DNA from: Patescibacteria group bacterium
GTDB lineage: Bacteria > Patescibacteriota > Microgenomatia > UBA1400 > PJMF01
NCBI GenBank assembly: GCA_018830045.1
Contig: JAHJTF010000020.1
Location: 4,667-68,666 of the forward strand
Reading direction: 5' to 3'
Length of the DNA: 64,000 bases
Position numbers and translations under genes: made by a program. Positions 1-10,929 of the stretch are shown here, in pieces (within the stretch, counting starts at the first letter, position 1; each line of letters begins with the position of its first letter). The notes below the pieces were generated by a model. The model was not told where the DNA came from and made no database searches. It saw nothing but the letters and a program-made list of their open reading frames with translations.

Positions 1-44
1 TTATTGCTAATCTATCTGAAATTGCCAAGCCCTTAACTCAGGCA

Positions 45-1316
45 ATGAGCCAAAGTAAAAGAGAGACAGAGATTTTTGAAGACCACGCCTACTGTGATCG
101 TTTTGTTTGGGCAGATGATGATCGACGTGTTTTGGTGACTCCGTTTCCGCTTGATCCTCAATTTTTCCAAGATGCTAATACCTTGCTTGATTTTAGACAT
201 GTCATCAATCTTTATCCACAGAAAATTAACGGCTCGATTTGTCATACAATTCTTAATGAAGATCGCCAGCTCCTGCAACAAATAATAAGTATTATTAAAG
301 ACAATCCTGGAATTAAAATTACTTCATATGCTGCTACCACAGAATTTTTAGAACTAGTGACTTACTTACAAAAACAAGGTCTATTAATTGTTACTCCGGA
401 AACTCCAACCAATGCTGATCAATGGGTGAGTAGTTTTGTGGATAGCAAAACAGGTTTTCGTCAAACCTGGGCACAGCTTAATGGTCAACTCCCACCTATG
501 CCAGAAGGAGCTATCTGCCGCCAACAAGAAGAACTGCTAGGTTGGTCTAAACATCTCTACCACCAACATCAGGGCATAGTTTTAAAAATTAATCGTGGCT
601 TAGCGGGTGAAGGAATAATTATTATTAATCAACCAAATTTGAATGATGATCAATTAGAAAAAATTATTAAAGAAAATAGTACTCAACTATATTGGTCTCA
701 AGACATGGTGGTGGTAGAAGAATATATTGCTCCTAATATTAGTGTTGCTGGTGGATTTCCTAGTATTGAGTTTCAAATTACTCAAGGGCAAACTAGCTAT
801 TTATATGTGTGTGGCATGAGAATCAATCCCCAAGGTGTTTTTATGGGTATGGAAATTGGTAAAGGCGCGATCGATGGTAGAATCGAAAAAACTTTGGTTA
901 AATACGGTCGAAAATTTGCCCGACATCTAGCCGAACTTGGATATCAGGGTTTCTTTGATATTGATTGGGTTTACAGCCAAGATCATGACTACTATCCTCT
1001 AGAGGCTAATTTACGCCGCACTGGGGGTACTCATGCTTACGAGCTTGCTACAAGGATTTTAGGAGATGACTTTGATGAAAAGTTTTATTTAATTTCCCAA
1101 AATAAAATCCAGGCACCTAAATTAAGTGGTTTAAGCTATCAGCAAGTAAAAAGTACGTTAAAGACGTTGTTATTTCCAATCAACAACAAGCAAGAAGGTG
1201 CCATTATCACCATGATGAACTATCTCACCAAAGGATGGTTTGGATATGTAATAATCGCCAACAAGAAACAGAGGGCTGAGGCAATAGAAAAAAACCTACT
1301 GGCAAACTTGCAGTAG
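45..1316 (+). CDS. ATP-grasp fold protein (peptide-ligase-like), probably 5'-partial
   Basis: ATP-grasp motifs VLK..GLAGEG, VVEEYI, GFFDIDW, LEANLRRTGGT; frame is open back to the window start. Confidence 0.7.
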   Translation: MSQSKRETEIFEDHAYCDRFVWADDDRRVLVTPFPLDPQFFQDANTLLDFRHVINLYPQKINGSICHTILNEDRQLLQQIISIIKDNPGIKITSYAATTEFLELVTYLQKQGLLIVTPETPTNADQWVSSFVDSKTGFRQTWAQLNGQLPPMPEGAICRQQEELLGWSKHLYHQHQGIVLKINRGLAGEGIIIINQPNLNDDQLEKIIKENSTQLYWSQDMVVVEEYIAPNISVAGGFPSIEFQITQGQTSYLYVCGMRINPQGVFMGMEIGKGAIDGRIEKTLVKYGRKFARHLAELGYQGFFDIDWVYSQDHDYYPLEANLRRTGGTHAYELATRILGDDFDEKFYLISQNKIQAPKLSGLSYQQVKSTLKTLLFPINNKQEGAIITMMNYLTKGWFGYVIIANKKQRAEAIEKNLLANLQ

Positions 1317-1374
1317 ATTCTTTGAGTTACTCTATTGTGCCAGCAAATTTAGCTTTTCAACGAGATAACTTTAG

Positions 1375-1448
1375 TAGCAGGGGTGGGATTCGAACCCACG
1401 ACCTTCGGTTTATGAATCCGGTGCTCTAGCCAGCTGAGCTACCCTGCC
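1375..1448 (-). tRNA. tRNA with CAT anticodon, probably elongator tRNA-Met; CCA not encoded
   Basis: GGCAGGG-TA-GCTC..GAGC, anticodon loop TTCATAA, GTGGG-TTCGAAT-CCCAC T-arm, CCCTGCT-A; paired 1-72 so not initiator. Confidence 0.9.
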
Positions 1449-1488
1449 GGGAGGCAGATATGCCTGCCTTGAAAGGCTATTATAAACC

Positions 1489-1515
1489 AAAAGCGACCCC
1501 GATTGGAGTCGCTTT
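1489..1515 (-). terminator. Intrinsic terminator after groEL
   Basis: Minus-strand hairpin AAAGCGACTCC-AATC-GGGGTCGCTTTT downstream of the groEL stop. Confidence 0.7.
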
Positions 1516-1549
1516 CTTAATTTACTTTCTAAAGCCCTTTTTCTTATCC

Positions 1550-3500
<1,951 letters not shown>

Positions 3501-3558
3501 AGAACTCCTTTGATTGTTAATAATATTTTTATTACTAATTGACCATTGGTCAACTGTG

Positions 3559-3593
3559 CTAGCAATCGTAACCATAGATTGCTAATTTGTCAA
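3559..3593 (-). promoter_or_regulatory. sigma70-type promoter (TTGACA-N17-TACGAT) overlapped by a CIRCE-like operator
   Basis: -35 at 3588-3593, -10 at 3565-3570; inverted repeat CTAGCAATC-N9-GATTGCTAA at 3559-3585 upstream of groES. Confidence 0.8.
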
Positions 3594-3634
3594 TTGCGAA
3601 AATTGCGAAAATTGGGTTGCGAAAATTGTGGTAA

Positions 3635-4276
3635 TTATTGCGTTTTTTCTGATATGGGCTCAACGACTTCTTCTGGTTTGTCTTCTTGTTTAAACACTGT
3701 CTCGGCTTTACCACTTTTATCCAAAACCCGAACTTGCGAGAGTAAAAACCCCTCGCAATTGAGTCCTTTGTCTTGAAAATATTTATTCAGGTCTTCTTTA
3801 GCCAACCCTTCAATTTGATTACGGTCCTTTTTAATTTGATCTAAACTTAAGCTGCTAAAAACACTTGAAATCCGGCTACGAGAATAGGGTCGTACCACCT
3901 TAGAAACTAGATTTTCTCCCAGGTTTTCCCAAAGTTCGGGGGCATTATCGCGGTCAATCCTAAATAACACTGAGCCTTCAATTTGAATATCTTTGCCATC
4001 GCTGGTAGAAGTTCTAATTGGCTCATCGCCCAAAGCTTCTTTATTAACCGAAATATCAAAGCCCTTACTGATCGAGTACTCCAAAATTTGCGAATTAAAT
4101 AACTTAGCTACCTGCCAAAAAGGAATCTTGAGATGTAAGCCCGGACCCCACACCCGAGGTAAAACACCCCGGCCACGATCATATACGCAAGCCACATGTC
4201 CAGGCGGCACTGAAATAAAGAAGCCACCCACGACTTCATCAACCAAAAATGAAACAACAAGTTTATCAAAGTCCAT
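3635..4276 (-). CDS. SPFH/prohibitin (band 7) family protein
   Basis: VPPGHVACV..GV...PGLHLKIPF pattern. Confidence 0.8.
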   Translation of the reverse strand: MDFDKLVVSFLVDEVVGGFFISVPPGHVACVYDRGRGVLPRVWGPGLHLKIPFWQVAKLFNSQILEYSISKGFDISVNKEALGDEPIRTSTSDGKDIQIEGSVLFRIDRDNAPELWENLGENLVSKVVRPYSRSRISSVFSSLSLDQIKKDRNQIEGLAKEDLNKYFQDKGLNCEGFLLSQVRVLDKSGKAETVFKQEDKPEEVVEPISEKTQ

Positions 4277-4361
4277 ATTTAAGTATTGTACAAGTATTTA
4301 TTAGTTTCTGCCAACTTAGAGAATTGAAAGCAGAGAGTTGAGAGTTGGGAGTTGAGAGTAT

Positions 4362-4721
4362 TTAACCCGCAAGACGCTGGCCTCCAGTCATCAATCCATT
4401 CAGAGTATTTACTAACTCTCTTAACTCGGTCACGCAAGTAATGGTTTCTTGGAGTGCATCCTGATCTAATGACACTTCATCTAAGACATTAAACATATCG
4501 TGAGTTAGGCTATCCATAAACCTATGAAGAAATTTTTGGTTATCTTTTACCCACGCTCGTTGTTGATTTTTTGGCAATAAAGTCACATTCTGGAGTGAAT
4601 CTGTGATTTGTTTAATTTCTCGAGTCATTAAAAACAAATCAAACTTAAAGACCTCGTTATCATCTTCATAGCTATCAGAGAAAGAAAGATTAAAATTAAA
4701 ATCAGGAATTGTATCTGTCAT
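4362..4721 (-). CDS. Hypothetical protein
   Basis: 119-aa ORF, no recognised motif. Confidence 0.6.
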   Translation of the reverse strand: MTDTIPDFNFNLSFSDSYEDDNEVFKFDLFLMTREIKQITDSLQNVTLLPKNQQRAWVKDNQKFLHRFMDSLTHDMFNVLDEVSLDQDALQETITCVTELRELVNTLNGLMTGGQRLAG

Positions 4722-4786
4722 ATCGTGAGTGGACTAATTATACAGCCCTGAGCAATTTTGCACAGCCAGGATATAATACTCTCCAA

Positions 4787-5878
4787 ATGAAAACTCTAGA
4801 TAAAATGAAAATTTTAGATATTGTCAAAACTCCAGAGAAAGAAGTAATTAATACTACAGTTAAGGTATTGGGTGCTGGTGGTCTAGTGATCTTTCCTACA
4901 GAAACTGTTTATGGCGCCGGGGTAGATGCGACTAATCAAACAGCGGTGGATAAGCTTCTAGCTTATAAATCCCGGCGTGAGGGCAAACCACTCTCAATCG
5001 CCGTACCAGATCAACAAACCGCGGCTAAATTTGTACAAATTAATGACCAGGCCAACAAACTCTTTCAACGCTTTCTTCCTGGCCCAGTCACTGTGGTTTC
5101 AAAAGGCTTAAATAAAGTCGCCAAAGGCGTAGAGTCTGAATTTGGTACTTTAGGGGTGAGAATTCCCGATCACGCCCTGGTGATCAAAATTTTAATCGCT
5201 TTTGGAAAACCAATTACTGCCACTTCTGCTAATGCCTCTGGCAAGAAACGCCCTTACTGCGTGGCCGACATTTTTGGCAGTCTTTCACACAAACAGCAAC
5301 GCCTGATTGATCTGGTACTGGATGCAGGCCAGTTGCCTCCCAACGAGCCCTCCGCAGTCATTGATACGACTTTCTCTACACCTACGACTCTGCGGGCGGG
5401 GAAAATTAAGACAGCTGGTAAAAAACCTCTCATTTCTCACTCTGAAGATGAAACTAAAAAAATTGCCGGTACCTTAATGCTTAAACACTGGGATCAGATC
5501 AAAGAATCAGGTTTAATCATCGGACTAAATGGTCCACTAGGAGCCGGAAAAACTATTTTTACTAAGGGCGTGGGTGATTTTTTGCGCATTGCAGACACCA
5601 TCACTTCTCCGACTTACTCTTATATTGCAGAGTATGATTATCAGCGCCATGGAGTGAAGGGTAAGCTCTATCACCTTGACCTATGGAAAATTGACACCAA
5701 AGAAGAACTGGAGAGATTAGAAATAGAAAAGTTAATTGCACCTCACAATGTTGTTGCGATCGAATGGTGGGAACAAAATCAGGAGTATTTTAAAAAAATA
5801 ATCAAGAAAAAAGCGGCTACTTTACTCACAATTTTACTTGAAGAAAAAAGCGATCAATCAAGAAAAATTATGATTTAA
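4787..5878 (+). CDS. tsaC-tsaE: TsaC (YrdC/Sua5 domain)-TsaE fusion, t6A biosynthesis
   Basis: N-half FPTETVYG, KSR, PGPVT, TSANASG; C-half GPLGAGKT, SPTY, HLDLWK, IEW; start 4787 or 4805. Confidence 0.9.
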   Translation: MKTLDKMKILDIVKTPEKEVINTTVKVLGAGGLVIFPTETVYGAGVDATNQTAVDKLLAYKSRREGKPLSIAVPDQQTAAKFVQINDQANKLFQRFLPGPVTVVSKGLNKVAKGVESEFGTLGVRIPDHALVIKILIAFGKPITATSANASGKKRPYCVADIFGSLSHKQQRLIDLVLDAGQLPPNEPSAVIDTTFSTPTTLRAGKIKTAGKKPLISHSEDETKKIAGTLMLKHWDQIKESGLIIGLNGPLGAGKTIFTKGVGDFLRIADTITSPTYSYIAEYDYQRHGVKGKLYHLDLWKIDTKEELERLEIEKLIAPHNVVAIEWWEQNQEYFKKIIKKKAATLLTILLEEKSDQSRKIMI

Positions 5879-6507
5879 AAATAATTCTTAACTAAAATAT
5901 GGGTGTTTTGGACAAAGTATGCTTTTACCTTCTTCCACTGGTTATCTATAATCTCCACTCTCTCTGATAACTCTTCTGCATCAGTAAAATATACTAAGGA
6001 CTTAAATATATGAGGCAAATAACTTTCATCCCGCCCATATTTTTTTTGATTTAACTTCAATAACTTTTCCAAATCATAGTCATCTAACTGACAGATGGTG
6101 TAAAGATCAAAAAAATCTCTCTTAAAACCCCTACTTAAAATAGCCTCTAGCTTCATAGCTCCAATATCTGCCACTGAGGCAATTGGTAAACCCTGAAACT
6201 TAATTGGTTTTTCTAGCAACGGATATTGATAATAAAACAAACTTAACTCAGTATTTTGAGAAATACCATAAATTGTCTGCCAAGAAGTAGAAGTAAGTTG
6301 AAAATCAGGAATTTTTTGCTCCAAGAGCTGAAGGTAGAGCTGAGCCTCAAACTCCTGAGGTGAATAAAGATCAAGATCAAAAGACCGCCGATGATTAAGA
6401 TGCAAAGCCAATGCCGTACCGCCAGCCAAATAAGTATTTGGAGGCAAAAGTGGCACTAATAAGCCCATGAGCTCTTGGGTGTGCGCTGAGATTTGAGCTG
6501 TAAACAT
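5875..6507 (-). CDS. AbiEii/AbiGii-like nucleotidyltransferase toxin
   Basis: YLAGGTALAL.LNHRRSFDLD, MKLEAI..RG.KRDFFDLY. Confidence 0.85.
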   Translation of the reverse strand: MFTAQISAHTQELMGLLVPLLPPNTYLAGGTALALHLNHRRSFDLDLYSPQEFEAQLYLQLLEQKIPDFQLTSTSWQTIYGISQNTELSLFYYQYPLLEKPIKFQGLPIASVADIGAMKLEAILSRGFKRDFFDLYTICQLDDYDLEKLLKLNQKKYGRDESYLPHIFKSLVYFTDAEELSERVEIIDNQWKKVKAYFVQNTHILVKNYF

Positions 6508-6764
6508 CTCACTTCCTTTCTGGAAATATGAAAATATCCAGTCCAAAAATTGACATCTTTTTCCTTTAGTTGTGCGGAAGTTTTAACTACTTCAATAATA
6601 TCTTGCTGTTGATACACTTCTAGCATCCACCGCCAAGCATCTAAAGTAGCATTCTTTAAAAAACTACTAATAATATATTTTTTATCCCGCCCCGCATCTA
6701 GATTTTTAACTTCAGAACTTGGGAGAAGAGGTTGAAATTTTTGAGGCACTGATAGCACCAGCAT
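6456..6764 (-). CDS. Small partner protein of the AbiEii-like toxin (DUF6922-like putative antitoxin)
   Basis: LD..RDKKYII...L......WRW....Y pattern; overlaps the toxin start. Confidence 0.65.
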   Translation of the reverse strand: MLVLSVPQKFQPLLPSSEVKNLDAGRDKKYIISSFLKNATLDAWRWMLEVYQQQDIIEVVKTSAQLKEKDVNFWTGYFHISRKEVRCLQLKSQRTPKSSWAY

Positions 6765-6873
6765 ATTATACTAAAAACACCATACATTGGTTGGTACAGA
6801 TTAAAAATGGCCAAACCCTAACCCTAATAGTTATTGAATGGGCGAGGGTGAAAGGCGGAGAAATTTTCCATAA

Positions 6874-7749
6874 TTATTTAAGATTAGCTTGATAAATGTC
6901 GAATGTTTCTTGATTAATTCTACCGTTGTCTAGCATTTTTTGGATAGTAGTTTGAATGTTTGGATATTCATGAGGTAGTTGCTGAATGATTCTAAATAGA
7001 TTGGTTCTTTTTTGGTGAAAATCCACATGGACTTTTGGCTGATCATTGGCTGCAATAGGGATAAAACCAGTCAAACTAAACCCCGGAATTTGAGTAGACT
7101 CAGCAACTAGATAAGCATTCCCCTGGAGAACATGAAAAGTATCTGACTGCAAAACGGTATAGGAAGTAAATTCTTCCATAGTACCAAAGGAGATTTTAGC
7201 GCCAGTTAAACGATGGTGTTGACTGATTAAGCTAGCCATGTCTCTAGGAGAGAGATGCTGGTCTTCTCGGTGAAGATCAGGGTTTAGGTAAAGAATTAAA
7301 GGGATGTTTCCAGTGGCATCTAGGACAGCTTGGATTTTTTTCTGAGGTGGTTGTGATCCACCAAAACAAGGAACCAATACTAAAGCTTGAGCACCTGATT
7401 CCTCAGCAAACTTAGCTAACTCAATAGTATTTTTGAGAGTATCAGAGGAAATTCCGACTAAGAGGTTAAGTTCTGCTGGGGCTGTTTCAGTTGCAGTTTG
7501 AATGACTTGTTTTTTTTGGTCTTGTGACAAGAATAAAAAACCACCGGCGTTACCAAGAAGAAAGACTGATCTGATACCGTTTTGAAATTGAAAGCCAAGA
7601 TTAATAGTTAATTGTTGGGTGTCGATTCCAAAAGACTCTGGTTCACCAATGAGAGGAGTAACCATTGGAGTGATTGGACCGTTGGGAATGTAACCAATGG
7701 TTTCTTTTTTTCTTCCTACTTCTACTACGGGCTGTTCTTTGAATGTCAT
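6874..7749 (-). CDS. DapA/NanA-family class I aldolase/lyase, divergent
   Basis: ITPMVTP, LLGNAGG, LVGIS, ILYLNP, GAKIS; start uncertain (7749 or 7806). Confidence 0.75.
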   Translation of the reverse strand: MTFKEQPVVEVGRKKETIGYIPNGPITPMVTPLIGEPESFGIDTQQLTINLGFQFQNGIRSVFLLGNAGGFLFLSQDQKKQVIQTATETAPAELNLLVGISSDTLKNTIELAKFAEESGAQALVLVPCFGGSQPPQKKIQAVLDATGNIPLILYLNPDLHREDQHLSPRDMASLISQHHRLTGAKISFGTMEEFTSYTVLQSDTFHVLQGNAYLVAESTQIPGFSLTGFIPIAANDQPKVHVDFHQKRTNLFRIIQQLPHEYPNIQTTIQKMLDNGRINQETFDIYQANLK

Positions 7750-7827
7750 ATCTTTCGGAGTGGGAATGAATTTGATTGCATACCTAAAATGTACATTGGT
7801 AAACAATCTAGATCAAGAAGCGGTCAG

Positions 7828-8509
7828 TGTCATCGAAGAATAGCAATCGAGCTTAGTCTTGGCAAAAAGCGAGTTAGAAGATGCATGCAGTTGTTTGGCA
7901 TTAAGCCATACAAAAGAAAATCTAGATGGAGAAAAAGACGAGACGAAAGAAAAGCTCCAGCACCGTTTGCAAATCAGATTAAGAACCAATGTCCAATACA
8001 GCCAAATATAACTTGGATTGGCGATTTCACGTACTTGCCATTCAAGGGTAAATCCTCTACTTAGCCACCTTCATGGATTTATTTACCAGAGAGATTGTTG
8101 GTTGGCAGATTTCCAGCAAACACGACAAAAACTTAGTGATAAAAGCCTTTTTAGATGGTGTAATGAACAGAGATTTACAGAAACCAACTTACATTCACAC
8201 CGATCAAGGCTCTGAATACACCAGCCAAGATTACACCAAACTAGTACAGGATTTTGGTGTGACTATTTTGATGAGCACCAAATCTTCGCCTTGGGAAAAT
8301 GGATTTCAAGAATCGTTTTACAACAACTTCAAAACTGACTTGGGATTAGAATTTGACCGCTTCGAAAACGAGGATCATTTCCTAGGAGAAATTCACTACA
8401 CACTTCACAATTATAATCACAACAGAATCCACTCAGCACTCAAAATGCCGCCTGCAAAATTCCACGCCAACTATTTAGAAACTGTGTGCAAAAAAAGGGG
8501 TGCTTGACA
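7828..8509 (+). mobile_element. IS3-family remnant: 5'-truncated, frameshifted orfB; right end intact
   Basis: HRRIAIEL, WIGDFTYL, frameshift near 8055, then DLFTREI, HTDQGSEY, PWENG.QESF; ends AAGGGGTGCTTGACA at 8509; left boundary approximate. Confidence 0.85.
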
Positions 8510-8520
8510 TATTTTATTGA

Positions 8521-9123
8521 TTATCCGACTGTAAACATCATATCTATCACATTCATGCCACCCTTATCCTTGAAGTTGCCTAATTGCTTGAAGCCATTTT
8601 TCTCATAATATTTTATCGCTCTCTGATTATCAGCAAAAACTCCACCCCACAGTATTATTCGTCGTCGTCCAAATTGACGAGCAACGCTAACTACGTGAGG
8701 AAAAAGCGTACTTCCCACACCATGATTCTGGTAGTGGTCTGAGAGGCAAGGGCCAATTCTACAATCAGTTGATGAGGCTGATTTGATACCGTAGCTAGAA
8801 AAACGATCGATATCGTTCTGCGGAATATCGAAATCGAACTCGAAGAGAGCGATGATATTGTTTATTGTTCCAGAATGAACAACAAAACGCAACTTATCAT
8901 AACGATTGATTGAGCCACACATCTCTTTTGCTGACGAAACATCGTAGCCACCAAGGCTGTAAAACTCTCTTGTTGCAAAAGATAAGTTACCTAGAAAAAT
9001 GGCGAGACTAGAACAATCGCTAGCAGTAAGCGGACGGAACACAACCTTCTCTCCTGAAGATAGAAGTGATTCAAAAGTTAGAAGTTTGGGATCGGCAAAT
9101 ACCTGAGAAAGAGTAAGAGGCAT
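8521..9123 (-). CDS. GNAT-family acetyltransferase (cassette gene)
   Basis: YQNHGVGS acetyl-CoA motif, N.RAIKYYEKNGF; ATG 30 nt after a GTTAAAT core. Confidence 0.85.
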   Translation of the reverse strand: MPLTLSQVFADPKLLTFESLLSSGEKVVFRPLTASDCSSLAIFLGNLSFATREFYSLGGYDVSSAKEMCGSINRYDKLRFVVHSGTINNIIALFEFDFDIPQNDIDRFSSYGIKSASSTDCRIGPCLSDHYQNHGVGSTLFPHVVSVARQFGRRRIILWGGVFADNQRAIKYYEKNGFKQLGNFKDKGGMNVIDMMFTVG

Positions 9124-9147
9124 AATTTAATAATAACTCAATATATC

Positions 9148-9196
9148 ATTTAACGTTGCGTGTATCTGATGTTGCCGCGAGATATAATGATTGTAC
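9148..9196 (-). repeat. Shortened/degenerate attC-like site
   Basis: + strand ATTTAAC-GTTGCG-TGTATCTGATGTT..AGATATA..ATTGTAC matches the arms of the two complete sites; inner hairpins missing. Confidence 0.65.
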
Positions 9197-9222
9197 ATCC
9201 TTAAAGAGTGAAGGATAATTTC

Positions 9223-9345
9223 GCCTAACGTTGCCTGTATATCTGATGTTGGGTACGGGGATAATTTTAGCATGGACGTGCTAGTCTCCGTACCCAATAT
9301 GGGTCGAGCGACAGCCGGAGCGAGCCAGATATACAGTAGTTGTAC
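9223..9345 (-). repeat. attC-like recombination site (123 bp)
   Basis: GCCTAAC...GTTGTAC ends; CTGTATATCTG/CAGATATACAG stem; inner ATGTTGGGTACGGGGA/TCTCCGTACCCAATAT arm. Confidence 0.8.
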
Positions 9346-9372
9346 GAGGGTGAGCGAGAAAAATAAAATGGA

Positions 9373-9660
9373 TTACTCGGATTTTTCGAGCGAAAGCGTA
9401 GCGTCCCCTTGAGTTGATTCATCCATTACAGGGATTGGTTCAGCAAGCCGTTCTACTAATATGCCAAGAAGTTGTTTTTGCAAATCGGGAGATTGCGCGG
9501 TACCGTGGATAAGCCACGAGACAAAATCATGGGCTTCGAGAGGATCCTGCCTAAGATAGGCAACACCAGAGTCGTAATCTCCATCAAAAAGAACCTTCTT
9601 GGCGGCCTCAATTGTGGCTGGGTTGGGTTGTGCTGTTTCAGTCGGTTTCGGTATGTCCAT
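9373..9660 (-). CDS. Hypothetical protein (cassette gene)
   Basis: 95-aa ORF ending 27 nt before the attC-like site. Confidence 0.6.
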   Translation of the reverse strand: MDIPKPTETAQPNPATIEAAKKVLFDGDYDSGVAYLRQDPLEAHDFVSWLIHGTAQSPDLQKQLLGILVERLAEPIPVMDESTQGDATLSLEKSE

Positions 9661-9743
9661 AGAGTTATTGTAATTGACCCGCCCCCTTTAAACTAAGACA
9701 AGTTTCTAAGTTAAAATAACGACACTTGAAAAGGGGTGGGATT

Positions 9744-9992
9744 ATGTTTTCAAAAATCCCGAAAGAGAAAAAGGAAGAGATCTTAGCCAAAGTTAAGGCT
9801 GGAGAAAAAGTGGCGACTCTGGCCTCCCAGTATGGGATCAGTGACAGAACTATCTACTTTTGGCTTCGCTTAGATACCAAGGAAGAGGTAATATCTATCC
9901 TCAAGTACAACAAACTCAAGAGGGAGTGCGAAGAGCTAAAACGCTTAGTCGGAGAACTCACTCTTAACATGAGTTTGGGGAAAAAAAGTTGA
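9744..9992 (+). CDS. IS3 OrfA (HTH)
   Basis: VATLASQYGISDRTIYFW HTH plus coiled coil. Confidence 0.85.
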   Translation: MFSKIPKEKKEEILAKVKAGEKVATLASQYGISDRTIYFWLRLDTKEEVISILKYNKLKRECEELKRLVGELTLNMSLGKKS

Positions 9993-10020
9993 GCTAGTCA
10001 AACATGCTAAGATCAAAACT

Positions 10021-10818
10021 GTGGTGGCTACTGCTGTTGGAATCTCTCGCAAGGACATCTATCGCCAGCCTAAGCTGCCAGAGAAAGATAGAGTCTTAGT
10101 TGAGGCTATCAAGGAGGCCTTTACTCTCCACCCTGCATATGGCCAATACAAGATAGCACTCCATCTGAAGGTGAACCATAAACGAGCTGAACGAGTGATG
10201 AAAGAGAATGGTCTCAAAGCTCCCAGGAGGAAAACCAAGTACTTCTGTACCGTCTCAACCTATCACCACACCTATACCAACCTCATCAAAGAGATCCTAG
10301 AAAGTGAGTTTGTTCCACACCTGATTTGGGTTTGCGATGTCTCGTATTTCAAATTCAAAGGAGAGATGTGGTACCTAGCAAGCATTGAGGACTTGGCCAC
10401 CAGGCAGATCCTCTCCTCCCAAATCGGCAAACACCATGATGCTAATCTAATCATCTCAACCATCAAACAAGCTATCCAATTGACTGATTATCTTCCCAAA
10501 TACTTCCATACCGATCAAGGCAAGGAGTTTATGGCCAAAGTGGTGACTGATTATCTGGAGTTGCAGGGAGTGAAAGTCTCCGTCTCGGCCAAAGCCTCTC
10601 CTTGGCAGAACGGCTACAAGGAAAGTTTCTTTGGACACTTCAAAGATGAGTTTGGCGAGATTAACCGATTTGATTCTGTGGGACTACTAATAGAGGAGAT
10701 CTATTCCCAAATCCACTACTACAATTTTGATCGTATCCACCGCTCGCTCAAAATGTCACCGGTACAATTTGCCACCCTTCATTTCCCAGAATATTGTCTT
10801 CACAAACGGGGGGCTTGA
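10021..10818 (+). CDS. IS3 OrfB DDE transposase
   Basis: PAYG..KI, WVCDVSY, HTDQGKEF, PWQNGYKESFF; frame opens at 9973. Confidence 0.9.
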   Translation: MVATAVGISRKDIYRQPKLPEKDRVLVEAIKEAFTLHPAYGQYKIALHLKVNHKRAERVMKENGLKAPRRKTKYFCTVSTYHHTYTNLIKEILESEFVPHLIWVCDVSYFKFKGEMWYLASIEDLATRQILSSQIGKHHDANLIISTIKQAIQLTDYLPKYFHTDQGKEFMAKVVTDYLELQGVKVSVSAKASPWQNGYKESFFGHFKDEFGEINRFDSVGLLIEEIYSQIHYYNFDRIHRSLKMSPVQFATLHFPEYCLHKRGA

Positions 10819-10929
10819 CAGTTCATTGCCAAATATGTGACTTAGCCATACAGAATTAGCCATACATCTTGATATTTCTTCTTTGCCAGATATACTACGG
10901 ATATTAAAATATTTTAGAAAATATTATCA

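Larger units (their letters stand above)
9675..10820 (+). mobile_element. IS3-family insertion sequence (1146 bp)
   Basis: TG..CA ends with imperfect IRs TGACCCGCCCCC / TGTCAAGCCCCC; orfA HTH plus orfB DDE; no target duplication (flanks GTAAT / GTTCA). Confidence 0.92.

Noticed and set aside
3594-3628. TTGCGAAAA x3 upstream of the groES -35
   Set aside because: Short, irregularly spaced, and no assignable function.
7612-8215. ORFs 7612-8064 and 8018-8215 as genes
   Set aside because: The first is antisense to the DapA-like gene joined to an IS3 orfB fragment; the second is an off-frame shadow.
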